Positions 41,639-50,809 of a DNA stretch of 64,000 nt are shown one piece after another. The notes under the pieces were generated by a model. It saw nothing but the letters and a program-made list of their open reading frames with translations, ran no database searches and had not been told where the DNA came from. A program made the position numbers and the translations under genes. The stretch comes from Clostridia bacterium (lineage in GTDB: Bacteria > Bacillota > Clostridia > Christensenellales > CAG-917), in contig JAFZVB010000005.1 of the NCBI GenBank assembly GCA_017618055.1, positions 91,139 through 155,138 on the forward strand. The letters are read 5' to 3'. Position 1 is the first letter of the stretch. Each line of letters opens with the position of its first letter.

Positions 41639-42817
41639 TTATGCCTTATAAACTTCTTTGCCATTGCATACTGTTAATATGCATTTCCCATAAACTTCTT
41701 TTCCATCAAATGGACTTGCTTTGCCCATAGATAAGAAATCTTTGCTATCTATTTTGTATTTTGTTTTTATTTCAAATACTGTGTAATCATCCTTTTTAAT
41801 AGGAAGATTGAATCTATTTCTTGGATTAGTTGTTAATAACTCAATTAATTTTTCTATTGTAATAATTCCTTTTAATACAAGTTCTGTATAAAGGATTGGG
41901 AATGCTGTTTCAAGACCAACTATTCCAAATGGACTTCCTTTTAATCCCTTTGCTTTTTCTTCTTGAGAATGTGGAGCATGGTCTGTTGCTATAGCATCTA
42001 TGGTTCCATCTATTATTCCTTGAATTAAAGCGTCCCTATCTTCAATACTTCTAACAGGTGGATTCATCTTAAATCTACCTTCATCTTGTAAATCATTTTC
42101 TGTTAGTGTTAAATAATGTGGTGCTGTTTCGCAAGTAACATTAATACCTCTTAATTTAGCATTTCTTATTAGTTCAGCACTTTCTTTTGTTGAAATGTGA
42201 CAAACATGATAAGCTACACCAGTTTCTTCAACTAGTTTTAAGTCTCTTTCAATTTGCTTGTATTCGCTTGCAGAAGATATACCTATAAATCCGTGTTGTT
42301 CTGCATATATTCCTTCATGGATACAACCACCTTTTAATAAACTGTTATCTTCACAATGTGCAGCGATTACTTTATTTAAGGACTTTGCTTTAAGCATTCC
42401 TTCTTTCATCATTTTGTCTTCTTGAACACCACGACCATCATCTGAAAAAGCACAAACAAACTTAGCCATATTATCCATATCTGAAAGTTCTTTGCCTTCT
42501 TCATTTACTGTAATTGTTCCATATGGGATTACATCTATAACAGCATCTTTCTTAATAATGTCCAATTGTTCATTGAGATGTTTCATATTATCTGGACATG
42601 GCTTAAGATTTGGCATAGTGCAAACTGTTGTATATCCGCCATGAGCTGCTGCCATAGATCCAGTCTTAATTGTCTCTTTATAAGAAAAACCAGGTTCACG
42701 GAAATGTACATGTACATCACACAAACCTGGACAAACGAGATAATTCTCTGAAACACAAATCTTGCCTGTGTTCTTGAACTCTTGTATTAATGATTCTACT
42801 TCTTTATTAATATACAT
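41639..42817 (-). CDS. pyrC: Dihydroorotase
   Basis: 392 aa, PGLCDVHVHFREPG and ATDHAPH. Confidence 0.9.
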   Translation of the reverse strand: MYINKEVESLIQEFKNTGKICVSENYLVCPGLCDVHVHFREPGFSYKETIKTGSMAAAHGGYTTVCTMPNLKPCPDNMKHLNEQLDIIKKDAVIDVIPYGTITVNEEGKELSDMDNMAKFVCAFSDDGRGVQEDKMMKEGMLKAKSLNKVIAAHCEDNSLLKGGCIHEGIYAEQHGFIGISSASEYKQIERDLKLVEETGVAYHVCHISTKESAELIRNAKLRGINVTCETAPHYLTLTENDLQDEGRFKMNPPVRSIEDRDALIQGIIDGTIDAIATDHAPHSQEEKAKGLKGSPFGIVGLETAFPILYTELVLKGIITIEKLIELLTTNPRNRFNLPIKKDDYTVFEIKTKYKIDSKDFLSMGKASPFDGKEVYGKCILTVCNGKEVYKA

Positions 42818-42819
42818 AA

Positions 42820-43353
42820 TTACTCCATTATATATACAGCTGTTTCGCCATCTACTTCTTCAAATCTTACTGCTATACTTTCACTCTTTGAAGTTGGGAT
42901 ATTTTTGCCAACATAATCTGGTCTAATAGGAAGTTCTCTGTGACCTCTATCTACAAATACTGCAAGTTGAACAGCCTTTGGTCTGCCATACTTAAATATT
43001 GTTTCGATGGCTGCTTTTGCTGTTCTTCCTGTATATAAAACATCATCTACCACCAAAACTGTCTTGTCTGTGATGTCACAAGGGATAATAGATTCTGTTG
43101 CCAATTCTTTTTTCTTTTCTTCTGAATAATCATCTCTTTGAAGTGTTATATCTAATTCACCTGTTGGGACTACTACATTTTCAAAGGACTTAATATTTGT
43201 TGCGATACGTTGTGCAAAAGGAACACCACGGCTTTTTACACCTAAGATTACAAGGTTTTCTGCACCATCATTACGTTCACAAATTTCATGAGAAATACGA
43301 GCAATTGTTCTGCCTACTGTCTCGCTATTCAAAACTTGGCTTTTAATTTTCAT
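42820..43353 (-). CDS. pyrR: Pyrimidine operon regulator / uracil phosphoribosyltransferase
   Basis: 177 aa with the PRPP loop VLVVDDVLYTGRT. It is the first gene of the pyr operon. Confidence 0.9.
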   Translation of the reverse strand: MKIKSQVLNSETVGRTIARISHEICERNDGAENLVILGVKSRGVPFAQRIATNIKSFENVVVPTGELDITLQRDDYSEEKKKELATESIIPCDITDKTVLVVDDVLYTGRTAKAAIETIFKYGRPKAVQLAVFVDRGHRELPIRPDYVGKNIPTSKSESIAVRFEEVDGETAVYIME

Positions 43354-43365
43354 ACATCACTCCTA

Positions 43366-43474
43366 TTAAAAAATCTTGCCCGATACCAAGCAAGATTACA
43401 TAATCAAAATGATGTTGTAGTATGTCCTACTACCACTATTTAGCCTATAACCTTGTCGGCATCTCTGTACCAAC
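43366..43474 (-). promoter_or_regulatory. PyrR-responsive transcription attenuator (binding loop plus terminator)
   Basis: The minus-strand hairpin GUUGG-UACAGAGAUG-CCGAC (43455-43474) carries a CAGAGA-containing loop like the PyrR binding loop consensus UCCAGAGAGG. Downstream, AUCUUGC-UUGGUAUCGG-GCAAGAU (43373-43396) plus UUUUU lies just before the pyrR SD. Confidence 0.6.
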
Positions 43475-43542
43475 TTAAAAATTACTGGATTTATTATAAG
43501 AAGAATCTGTGGATAAAGTCAAATAGATTTATCTATTTAAAA

Positions 43543-43578
43543 TAAAAAAATGATGTCCCACAGTTAAGCAAGACATCA
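43543..43578 (-). terminator. Probable terminator after the aminopeptidase gene
   Basis: Minus-strand 7-bp stem UGAUGUC/GACAUCA with a 14-nt loop, then a 7-U run. Confidence 0.45.
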
Positions 43579-43600
43579 CTTCTATTTTAATGTTTAAAGA

Positions 43601-44971
43601 TTATAAGTTTTTTGCAAATGCTTTGTATGCAAGGTATGTTTCATATACGTCTGCTTTGGAAACGATTTCCATTGGAGAATGCATATTTAATACTGCTACA
43701 CCTGCATCGATAACTTCCATATTGTATTTTGCAGAAATGTGAGCGATTGTACCGCCGCCACCTTTATCTACTGCACCAAGTTCACCAGTTTGGTAATGGA
43801 TATCATTTTCATCCATAACTCTTCTAATCTTTGCAAAGTATTCTGCATTTGCATCACTTGCACCAGATTTTCCTCTTGCACCTGTGTACTTTTCAAATAC
43901 AATACCATAGTTGAATCTTGCTCCATTATTTTCATCACTTGCACTTGCATAGATTGGATCTATTGCTGCATTTACGTCACTACTTAACATGCAAGTATTT
44001 TCTAATGTCTTTCTTAAATTGTAAATGCTATCTTTGCCTTGTGAATGCAATAATTCTAAAACAGTGTTTTCAAAGAAAACAGATTCTGCACCTGTGCATC
44101 CGTAACTACCAATTTCTTCCTTGTCTACAAATAATCCGCAAACAGAATATTTTGGTGTTCCCTCTAAATCTAACATTGCTCTTAAAGATGTGTATGCACA
44201 TACTCTGTCATCATGACCATAACTTGCTATCATACTGCTATCTAGACCGAAATCTCTTGCTCTTCCTGCTGGAACAACTTCAAGTTCGCCAGATGAGAAA
44301 TCTTCTTCGTCAAAGTCATACTTCTTCTTTAAGAATTTTAAGATGTTCTTCTTAACTGCTTCTTTATCTTCTTTTTCAAGTGGAATAGATCCAACTATTA
44401 AGTCTAAATCCTCACCTTCAATTGCCTTTGCAGCTGTCTTTTGTAATTGGTCTGCAGAAAGGTGTATTAATAAATCTGGAATTCCAATAACTGGATCTTT
44501 TGGATCTTCACCAATATCAACCTTAATTTTTGTTCCATCTTTCTTAACAACTACGCCATGAATTGCAAGTGGTGTTGTGACATATTGGTACTTCTTAATA
44601 CCACCATAATAGTGTGTATCAAAGAGAGCAAATTCTTTCTTTTCATAAAGTGGGTTTTGCTTTAAGTCTAGTCTTGGAGAATCAATGTGTGCTCCTAAGA
44701 TTCTTAAACCTTCTGTAATATCACTAAAACCGATTACATAAAGAATAATATTTTTGCCTTTATTTATAAAATAAAGTTTGTCTCCAAATTTAACAGAATC
44801 ACCTTTTTTAAATTCTCTAAAACCAGATTTCTTTGCTAATCTTTCGATTTCTTCAACTGCTAATCTTTCAGTTTTTGCTATAGATAAAAAGTCTTCGTAG
44901 TCATTTGCGAATTTCTCTATTTCCTTCTTCTTTGCACTACTAATATCTTTGTAAATGTTTTTGTTATACAT
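43601..44971 (-). CDS. M18-family aminopeptidase
   Basis: 456 aa: GAHIDSPRLDLK, HDDRVC, VDKEEIGS, GGGTIA, MHSPMEI. Confidence 0.8.
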   Translation of the reverse strand: MYNKNIYKDISSAKKKEIEKFANDYEDFLSIAKTERLAVEEIERLAKKSGFREFKKGDSVKFGDKLYFINKGKNIILYVIGFSDITEGLRILGAHIDSPRLDLKQNPLYEKKEFALFDTHYYGGIKKYQYVTTPLAIHGVVVKKDGTKIKVDIGEDPKDPVIGIPDLLIHLSADQLQKTAAKAIEGEDLDLIVGSIPLEKEDKEAVKKNILKFLKKKYDFDEEDFSSGELEVVPAGRARDFGLDSSMIASYGHDDRVCAYTSLRAMLDLEGTPKYSVCGLFVDKEEIGSYGCTGAESVFFENTVLELLHSQGKDSIYNLRKTLENTCMLSSDVNAAIDPIYASASDENNGARFNYGIVFEKYTGARGKSGASDANAEYFAKIRRVMDENDIHYQTGELGAVDKGGGGTIAHISAKYNMEVIDAGVAVLNMHSPMEIVSKADVYETYLAYKAFAKNL

Positions 44972-44990
44972 AATTACTTCCTTTTGCTAT

Positions 44991-45018
44991 AAAAACCCCA
45001 TACTAATACAGTACGGGG
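44991..45018 (-). terminator. Rho-independent terminator after ppdK
   Basis: Minus strand reads CCCCGUAC-UGUAUUA-GUAUGGGG (one G-U) followed by UUUUU. Confidence 0.65.
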
Positions 45019-45041
45019 CTTTTAAGTCTAGTTTTATTTAA

Positions 45042-47708
45042 TTATCTAGGATATTTAATGTTTGCTTGTGCTGCTGCCAAACGAGCAATTGGTACTCTGA
45101 ATGGTGAACATGATACATAGTTCAAGCCAACTTTATGACAGAATTCGATTGTTGAAGGATCACCACCGTGTTCTCCGCAGATACCGAGGTGGATGTCTGG
45201 ACGTGTCTTACGGCCTGCTTCTGCTGCCATCTTAACTAACTTGCCAACACCAATTTGGTCTAATCTTTGGAATGGATCACTTTCGTAAATCTTCTTGTCA
45301 TAGTATGCACCTAAGAACTTACCTGCATCGTCTCTTGAGAAACCGAATGTCATTTGTGTTAAGTCGTTTGTACCGAATGAGAAGAATTCTGCTTCCTTAG
45401 CAATTTCTTCTGCTGTTAATGCTGCACGTGGGATTTCAATCATTGTACCAACTTTGTACTTGAGTTGTTTGCCACTTGCTGCGATACATGCATCTGCTGT
45501 TTCGCAAACGATCTTCTTTACGTATGCAAGTTCTTTAACTTCGCCAACTAATGGAATCATGATTTCTGGTACATTTGCCCAGTCTGGATGACGTTCCTTA
45601 ACTGCAAGAGCTGCTTGGATAACTGCCTTTGTTTGCATTACTGCGATTTCTGGATATGTTACAGCAAGACGGCATCCTCTGTGTCCCATCATTGGGTTGA
45701 ATTCGTGTAATGATGAAATCTTGTCTTTTAATGTTTGAACAGAAATCTTCATATCTTTTGCAAGAGCTTCAATTTCTTCTTCTGCTGTTGGAACGAATTC
45801 GTGAAGTGGTGGGTCTAAGAAACGAATAACAACTGGATTTCCTTCGAGTGCTTCATAGAGTCCTTCGAAGTCTTTTTGTTGCATTGGTAATAACTTAGCA
45901 AGAGCTGCTTCTCTTTGTTCTACTGTGTCAGATACGATCATTTCTCGCATTGCATGAATTCTATCTGGATCGAAGAACATATGTTCTGTTCTACAGAGAC
46001 CAATACCTTCTGCACCGAAGAGACGTGCTTGTTTAGCATCCTTTGGTGTGTCTGCGTTTGTTCTTACTTGTAATGAACGATACTTGTCTGCCCATGCCAT
46101 AATTCTTCCGAAGTAACCACTGTTAACATCTGCTGGAACTGTTGCGATTTCGCCTTGGTAAATGTTACCTGTGCTACCGTCTAAGGAGATCATGTCACCT
46201 TCTTTGAATTGTACACCGTTGATAATGAATAACTTCTTGTCTTCATCAATAGATACCTTGTTTGGATCTGCTCCACAACCAGATACACAGCAAGTTCCCA
46301 TACCACGTGCAACAACTGCTGCGTGAGATGTCATACCGCCACGAACTGTTAAGATACCTTGTGAATAATGCATACCTTCGATGTCTTCTGGAGATGTTTC
46401 AAGTCTTACTAAAACAACTCTCTTGATTCCTTTATTTACTACCCAATCTACTGCATCTTCTGCTGTGAATACAACTTGTCCACAAGCTGCACCTGGAGAT
46501 GCTGGAAGAGCTGTTGCGATAGGCTTTGCTGCCTTTAATGCTTTTGCTTCAAATTGTGGGTGAAGAAGTGCATCTAATTGCTTTGGATCGATCATGCAAA
46601 CTGCTTTCTTTTCATCGATCATTCCTTCATCTACTAAGTCACATGCTACTTTGATTGCAGCTGCTGCTGTTCTCTTACCATTACGTGTTTGGAGCATGAA
46701 TAACTTCTTGTTTTCTACTGTGAATTCCATGTCTTGCATATCATGATAGTGCTTTTCAAGTCTATCTACGATATCAAGGAATTGGTTGTAAACTTCTGGT
46801 AATTCTTCTTGTAACTTGGAAATTGGAGATGGTGTACGAACACCTGCAACAACGTCTTCACCTTGTGCATTAAGTAAATATTCACCATATAATCCCTTTT
46901 CACCAGTTGCTGGGTTACGTGAGAATGCAACACCTGTTCCTGATTCAAATCCTGTGTTACCAAAGACCATTGATTGTACGTTAACTGCTGTTCCCCAATC
47001 TCCTGGGATGTCGTTCATTCTACGATAGTAGATAGCACGTGGGTTATCCCAGCTACGGAATACTGCTTTAACAGCGCCCATTAATTGATCATATGGTTCT
47101 TGTGGGAAGTCTTTACCAATAGCTGCTTTGTATTTTGCTTTGAATTGTTCTGCTAATGCTTTGAGGTCGTCTGCATCAAGATCTGTGTCTTGTTTTACAC
47201 CCTTCTTTTCTTTCATTGCATCGATTAAGCTTTCGAATTCTTTCTTGCTAACTTCCATAACAACGTCAGAATACATTTGGATGAATCTACGATAGCTATC
47301 ATAAGCAAAACGGCGATTGTTTGTTAACTTTGCGAATGCTTCAACTACAACGTCATTTAAACCAAGGTTAAGAATTGTATCCATCATACCTGGCATTGAT
47401 GCACGTGCACCAGAACGAACAGAAACTAATAATGGTTTTTCTAATGAACCAAGCTTCTTTCCTGTTTCAGCTTCAAGTTTTGCAACTGCATCTTTGATTT
47501 GTGCTTGAATATCAGCGTTGATTTCTTTTCCGTCTGTATAGTATTGTGTACAGGCTTCTGTAGAAATTGTGAATCCAGGTGGTACTGGCATTCCGAGCTT
47601 TGTCATCTCAGCAAGGTTTGCACCTTTTCCACCGAACATAGCACGTCTTACATCTTCGACATCGCTATAGTTTGCAGCATCTTTAAACATATAAACATAT
47701 TGTTTCAT
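45042..47708 (-). CDS. ppdK: Pyruvate, phosphate dikinase
   Basis: 888 aa: GGKGANLAEM, phosphohistidine region GGMTSHAAVVARG, and a PEP-utilising C-terminal domain. Confidence 0.95.
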   Translation of the reverse strand: MKQYVYMFKDAANYSDVEDVRRAMFGGKGANLAEMTKLGMPVPPGFTISTEACTQYYTDGKEINADIQAQIKDAVAKLEAETGKKLGSLEKPLLVSVRSGARASMPGMMDTILNLGLNDVVVEAFAKLTNNRRFAYDSYRRFIQMYSDVVMEVSKKEFESLIDAMKEKKGVKQDTDLDADDLKALAEQFKAKYKAAIGKDFPQEPYDQLMGAVKAVFRSWDNPRAIYYRRMNDIPGDWGTAVNVQSMVFGNTGFESGTGVAFSRNPATGEKGLYGEYLLNAQGEDVVAGVRTPSPISKLQEELPEVYNQFLDIVDRLEKHYHDMQDMEFTVENKKLFMLQTRNGKRTAAAAIKVACDLVDEGMIDEKKAVCMIDPKQLDALLHPQFEAKALKAAKPIATALPASPGAACGQVVFTAEDAVDWVVNKGIKRVVLVRLETSPEDIEGMHYSQGILTVRGGMTSHAAVVARGMGTCCVSGCGADPNKVSIDEDKKLFIINGVQFKEGDMISLDGSTGNIYQGEIATVPADVNSGYFGRIMAWADKYRSLQVRTNADTPKDAKQARLFGAEGIGLCRTEHMFFDPDRIHAMREMIVSDTVEQREAALAKLLPMQQKDFEGLYEALEGNPVVIRFLDPPLHEFVPTAEEEIEALAKDMKISVQTLKDKISSLHEFNPMMGHRGCRLAVTYPEIAVMQTKAVIQAALAVKERHPDWANVPEIMIPLVGEVKELAYVKKIVCETADACIAASGKQLKYKVGTMIEIPRAALTAEEIAKEAEFFSFGTNDLTQMTFGFSRDDAGKFLGAYYDKKIYESDPFQRLDQIGVGKLVKMAAEAGRKTRPDIHLGICGEHGGDPSTIEFCHKVGLNYVSCSPFRVPIARLAAAQANIKYPR

Positions 47709-47860
47709 TAAACGAGTCCTCCTATAAACTCTTGAATTAAATTTTTTATAAAACTAGCAAGATTATACTCTATATTATTAACTTTATCAAGAATAATTTA
47801 TTGTGATAGTATATTTACAAATTAGTACAAAACTAATACTTTTCTTGGAAAATTTTTGCA

Positions 47861-47889
47861 TTGCAAAAGATAAACCATAATGTTAAAAT
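47861..47889 (+). promoter_or_regulatory. Candidate corA promoter
   Basis: TTGCAA (47861-47866), a 17-nt spacer, TAAAAT (47884-47889). The leader to the AGGAGG SD is about 35 nt. Confidence 0.45.
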
Positions 47890-47924
47890 ATTTGTGTTAG
47901 ATTTTTTTCGGATAGGAGGGTAAA

Positions 47925-48881
47925 ATGCTTCAAGTATTCAAAAAAGAAACTAGACTTCCTATCTCTGTCAATCCAGAACTCATAAACGAAGAATATGATT
48001 TTTCAAATCAATGGATTCACATGAGCAATCCAACAGATAAAGAAATTGAGTTAATTGCAAAATCTACAAACATTCCAGAAGAAGTTATAAAGGCTGCATT
48101 GGATGAGGAAGAAGCACCTCGTATTGAAATTGAAGATGAATACTCCCTAGTTCTTACAGACATTCCTTTCACAGAAGATGACGAAGAAGACCACTACACT
48201 TATTCTACACTGCCATTTGCATGTATTTTAACCAAGTCTTGTATCGTCACAGTTTGTATGATAGACACTTCTATTGTTACAGATATTCTCTCTGGAAGAA
48301 TTAAGGATATAAATATTGAAAAGAGAAAGAAGTTCTTGCTTCAAATTCAGATGGCAATTTCTAAAAAATTCTTGTGGTATTTAACACAAATTCAAAAGTC
48401 TGGACAAAGAGTTCAAGCACAGCTTGAGAAGAAGATGAAGAATGAAGACATTATGGAAATGATGGATCTTCAAAAAGCATTGGTTTACTTCACAACATCT
48501 CTTCGTTCCAACTCTGCTGTCATGGAAAGAATGCCAAAGCAATTAAAATTGTCTGAAGATGATGTGGACTACTGGGAAGACGTTGTTATTGAGGTCAAAC
48601 AGGCTATTGATATGGCTTCAATTTATAGAGAAATTATGAGAGGACAAATGGATACATATGCGTCGATCATTAATAATGATATGAACAGAATTATGAAGAT
48701 ATTGACCTCCCTCACATTGATTGTTGCGATCCCATCTATGATTGGTGCTTTCTGGGGCATGAACTTACCTGGAATTCCATTCGCTGGACATCCTTGGGGA
48801 TTCTGGATTGTAATAGCAATTTCTGTGGTTGTTGTAGTAGCCGTTATTATCATTCTTTGGAAGAGAAAAATGCTTAAATAA
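47925..48881 (+). CDS. corA: CorA-family magnesium/cobalt transporter
   Basis: 318 aa with two C-terminal TM helices and the signature FWGMNLPG (GMN motif). Confidence 0.85.
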   Translation: MLQVFKKETRLPISVNPELINEEYDFSNQWIHMSNPTDKEIELIAKSTNIPEEVIKAALDEEEAPRIEIEDEYSLVLTDIPFTEDDEEDHYTYSTLPFACILTKSCIVTVCMIDTSIVTDILSGRIKDINIEKRKKFLLQIQMAISKKFLWYLTQIQKSGQRVQAQLEKKMKNEDIMEMMDLQKALVYFTTSLRSNSAVMERMPKQLKLSEDDVDYWEDVVIEVKQAIDMASIYREIMRGQMDTYASIINNDMNRIMKILTSLTLIVAIPSMIGAFWGMNLPGIPFAGHPWGFWIVIAISVVVVVAVIIILWKRKMLK

Positions 48882-48902
48882 TTTAGTAAAAAGATAAAAA
48901 AT

Positions 48903-48929
48903 AAACCACAGCCGAAACTGTGGTTTTTT
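48903..48929. terminator. Bidirectional rho-independent terminator between the convergent corA and 48952 genes
   Basis: AAACCACAG-CCGAAA-CUGUGGUUU flanked by an A-run and a T-run. Confidence 0.75.
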
Positions 48930-48951
48930 AATATTCTAATTGGGTGGATTG

Positions 48952-50712
48952 TTATTTTTTAAGAGTAGAGATAATCTTTGTTATACATTGAATAAGTATA
49001 ATCTTTTCTTCTGGTTGGTCTTGGAATTTCTTTGCCATTTGGAGCAATACCAAACACATCTTAATCTTAACACTCTTGCTAAACTTATCTGATGAACAAA
49101 TGAAGTTTACAAGTTGTGGTAATTTTGCAAAACGTGGTGGTGAGAAATCTTCGTCATCATCAATTGCTTCCTCTTCTGCTTCGAGTTCTTCAACTGCTTT
49201 AATTTCTTCTTCAGTTGGAGCTTCTATTACATCTATTCCAAGTTCTTCTGCTGAGATATCTGCAATTTGTTGTTCAAGTGCAGCTTCCTCTGTTTTTGGT
49301 TCTTCTGCTGGAGCTTCTTCACTCTTTTCTTCAGCTGCTTCCTCTGCTACTGGAGCTTCCTCTACAGGAGCCTCTTCTGCCTTCTCTTCAGCTTTTGCTT
49401 CTTCTTCAGCCTTAACCTCTTCTTCTTGGGTTTGTTGTGCTTCTGCATAATCAAATCCTAAATCTGGATTTGGTGCATCTGCTGGGTTTTGATCGAGATC
49501 AACTTTTTCAGGAACTTCTGGTTCTGTACTTACTTCTTCGAGTTCTACTGCTTGATTCTCTTCTTGTGCTACTTCTTCTTTCTTTTCTTTACGCTTCCAT
49601 CCAAACATATCTTCATCCTCTTCAATAATTTGTTGATCGAGTAAATTTATATATTGCTCGTTATTATATTGTTCCCTAATTGCATTGCCAAGTCCTTCGA
49701 TTGAGAAATCTTCAACAATTTCTTCAACTGGCAATTCTTTTGTTTCTTGTGCAATGATTTCTTGGATATTTTCGTTAGTTTCTTGCACAGTTTCGTTGTT
49801 TTCGTCCATTCCACCTTGAGAAATAAACATATCAACGTTATTAATTATAGCATCTTCCTGTTCATTTGTCATTATTGAATTTTCATATTCAATAGGTTCA
49901 GGAATAATCTCTTCTTGAACTGGCTCCTCTTCTTCGTTGCCAATTGCAGCTTTTGCCTGCTTTAGAATATCGATTGGTTCAGTTGGTTGTCCCTCGTATT
50001 CTTTCTCTCTTACATCCTTAGATAAGTTCTTTGCAACAATCTCATCTACGATGGTTGCAAGTTCAGATAATGGAGAAGAATCTGCTGCATAGTCTTTCTC
50101 AATTTGTAATTGAGTTGCAGCATCGAGATCATCTTGCATATCTTCAAAAGCCTTTAGTGCGCCCTTTGTTTGCAATTTGCCGAGTAAGATAAATAATAAA
50201 TGGAAGATTGCAACAATAAGTAATGCTATTCCAGCAAGTACGCCAAGTTTGGCTTTATAATCTGTACCCATAGCAAAGAAACTAAGTACACCGATTAAAA
50301 TAAATGCTGCTGCAATAAATATAACTGAGCGAATATTTCTATTTGCTTTAATCTCTCTATCGAATACTCTTTCTCTTGAAATAATTTCACTTGGGTATCC
50401 AAATCTAACACCGAGGTATTGGATCCATGCTTCTCTTAATCTTCTTGGTGCATAATCAGAAAAACAAGTCTTTGTGAACTGTGCAACGTTATCATCATTA
50501 ACTATTCTAAATGTTGAAGATATGGATTTTGAGATTTTCCTGCAAGCTCTTTGCATTCTTGCTGTTGCAGTAAATGCATAAGAAATACCTACTCCAAGAA
50601 TTAATGCTCCGATTAAAGAAAAAGCGACAATGGCGAACAGCTTCACGTCTGAAATAGATACCTTCGCGGCACCATTTGCTATGGCATCAAAAGCTTTCTC
50701 AAAAAACTCCAT
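48952..50712 (-). CDS. Membrane-anchored protein with a long acidic low-complexity (E/A/K/P-rich) region, function unknown
   Basis: About 586 aa from ATG 50710-50712 (MEFFEK), 5 nt after AGGAG. It has three hydrophobic segments in the first 190 aa, then about 330 aa that are strongly acidic, and a short basic/hydrophobic C-terminus. Confidence 0.65.
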   Translation of the reverse strand: MEFFEKAFDAIANGAAKVSISDVKLFAIVAFSLIGALILGVGISYAFTATARMQRACRKISKSISSTFRIVNDDNVAQFTKTCFSDYAPRRLREAWIQYLGVRFGYPSEIISRERVFDREIKANRNIRSVIFIAAAFILIGVLSFFAMGTDYKAKLGVLAGIALLIVAIFHLLFILLGKLQTKGALKAFEDMQDDLDAATQLQIEKDYAADSSPLSELATIVDEIVAKNLSKDVREKEYEGQPTEPIDILKQAKAAIGNEEEEPVQEEIIPEPIEYENSIMTNEQEDAIINNVDMFISQGGMDENNETVQETNENIQEIIAQETKELPVEEIVEDFSIEGLGNAIREQYNNEQYINLLDQQIIEEDEDMFGWKRKEKKEEVAQEENQAVELEEVSTEPEVPEKVDLDQNPADAPNPDLGFDYAEAQQTQEEEVKAEEEAKAEEKAEEAPVEEAPVAEEAAEEKSEEAPAEEPKTEEAALEQQIADISAEELGIDVIEAPTEEEIKAVEELEAEEEAIDDDEDFSPPRFAKLPQLVNFICSSDKFSKSVKIKMCLVLLQMAKKFQDQPEEKIILIQCITKIISTLKK

Positions 50713-50753
50713 TGTCACTCCTGCTCGTATATAACTTTAAAAATACTTTTAAT

Positions 50754-50782
50754 ATTATAATCGCATACGAGAACTTTTGCAA
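50754..50782 (-). promoter_or_regulatory. Near-consensus promoter for the acidic membrane protein gene
   Basis: On the minus strand: TTGCAA (50777-50782), a 17-nt spacer, TATAAT (50754-50759). Confidence 0.5.
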
Positions 50783-50809
50783 GAATTACAAGATATATTT
50801 ACCTATTTT

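Noticed and set aside
47709-47924. A possible M-box (Mg2+) riboswitch upstream of corA
   Set aside because: The predicted promoter leaves only about 35 nt of leader, far shorter than an M-box aptamer, and the upstream part belongs to the divergent ppdK promoter region.
49076-49628. A cluster of plus-strand ORFs rich in S/A/L or F/L/C repeats
   Set aside because: They are frame shadows of the GAA/GCT-type repeats that encode the acidic low-complexity region of the 48952-50712 minus-strand gene.
50724-50771. A 7-bp inverted repeat CTCGTAT ... ATACGAG considered as an addA terminator
   Set aside because: Its 34-nt loop and lack of a U-tract argue against a terminator, and the region is better explained by the TTGCAA-17-TATAAT promoter it overlaps.
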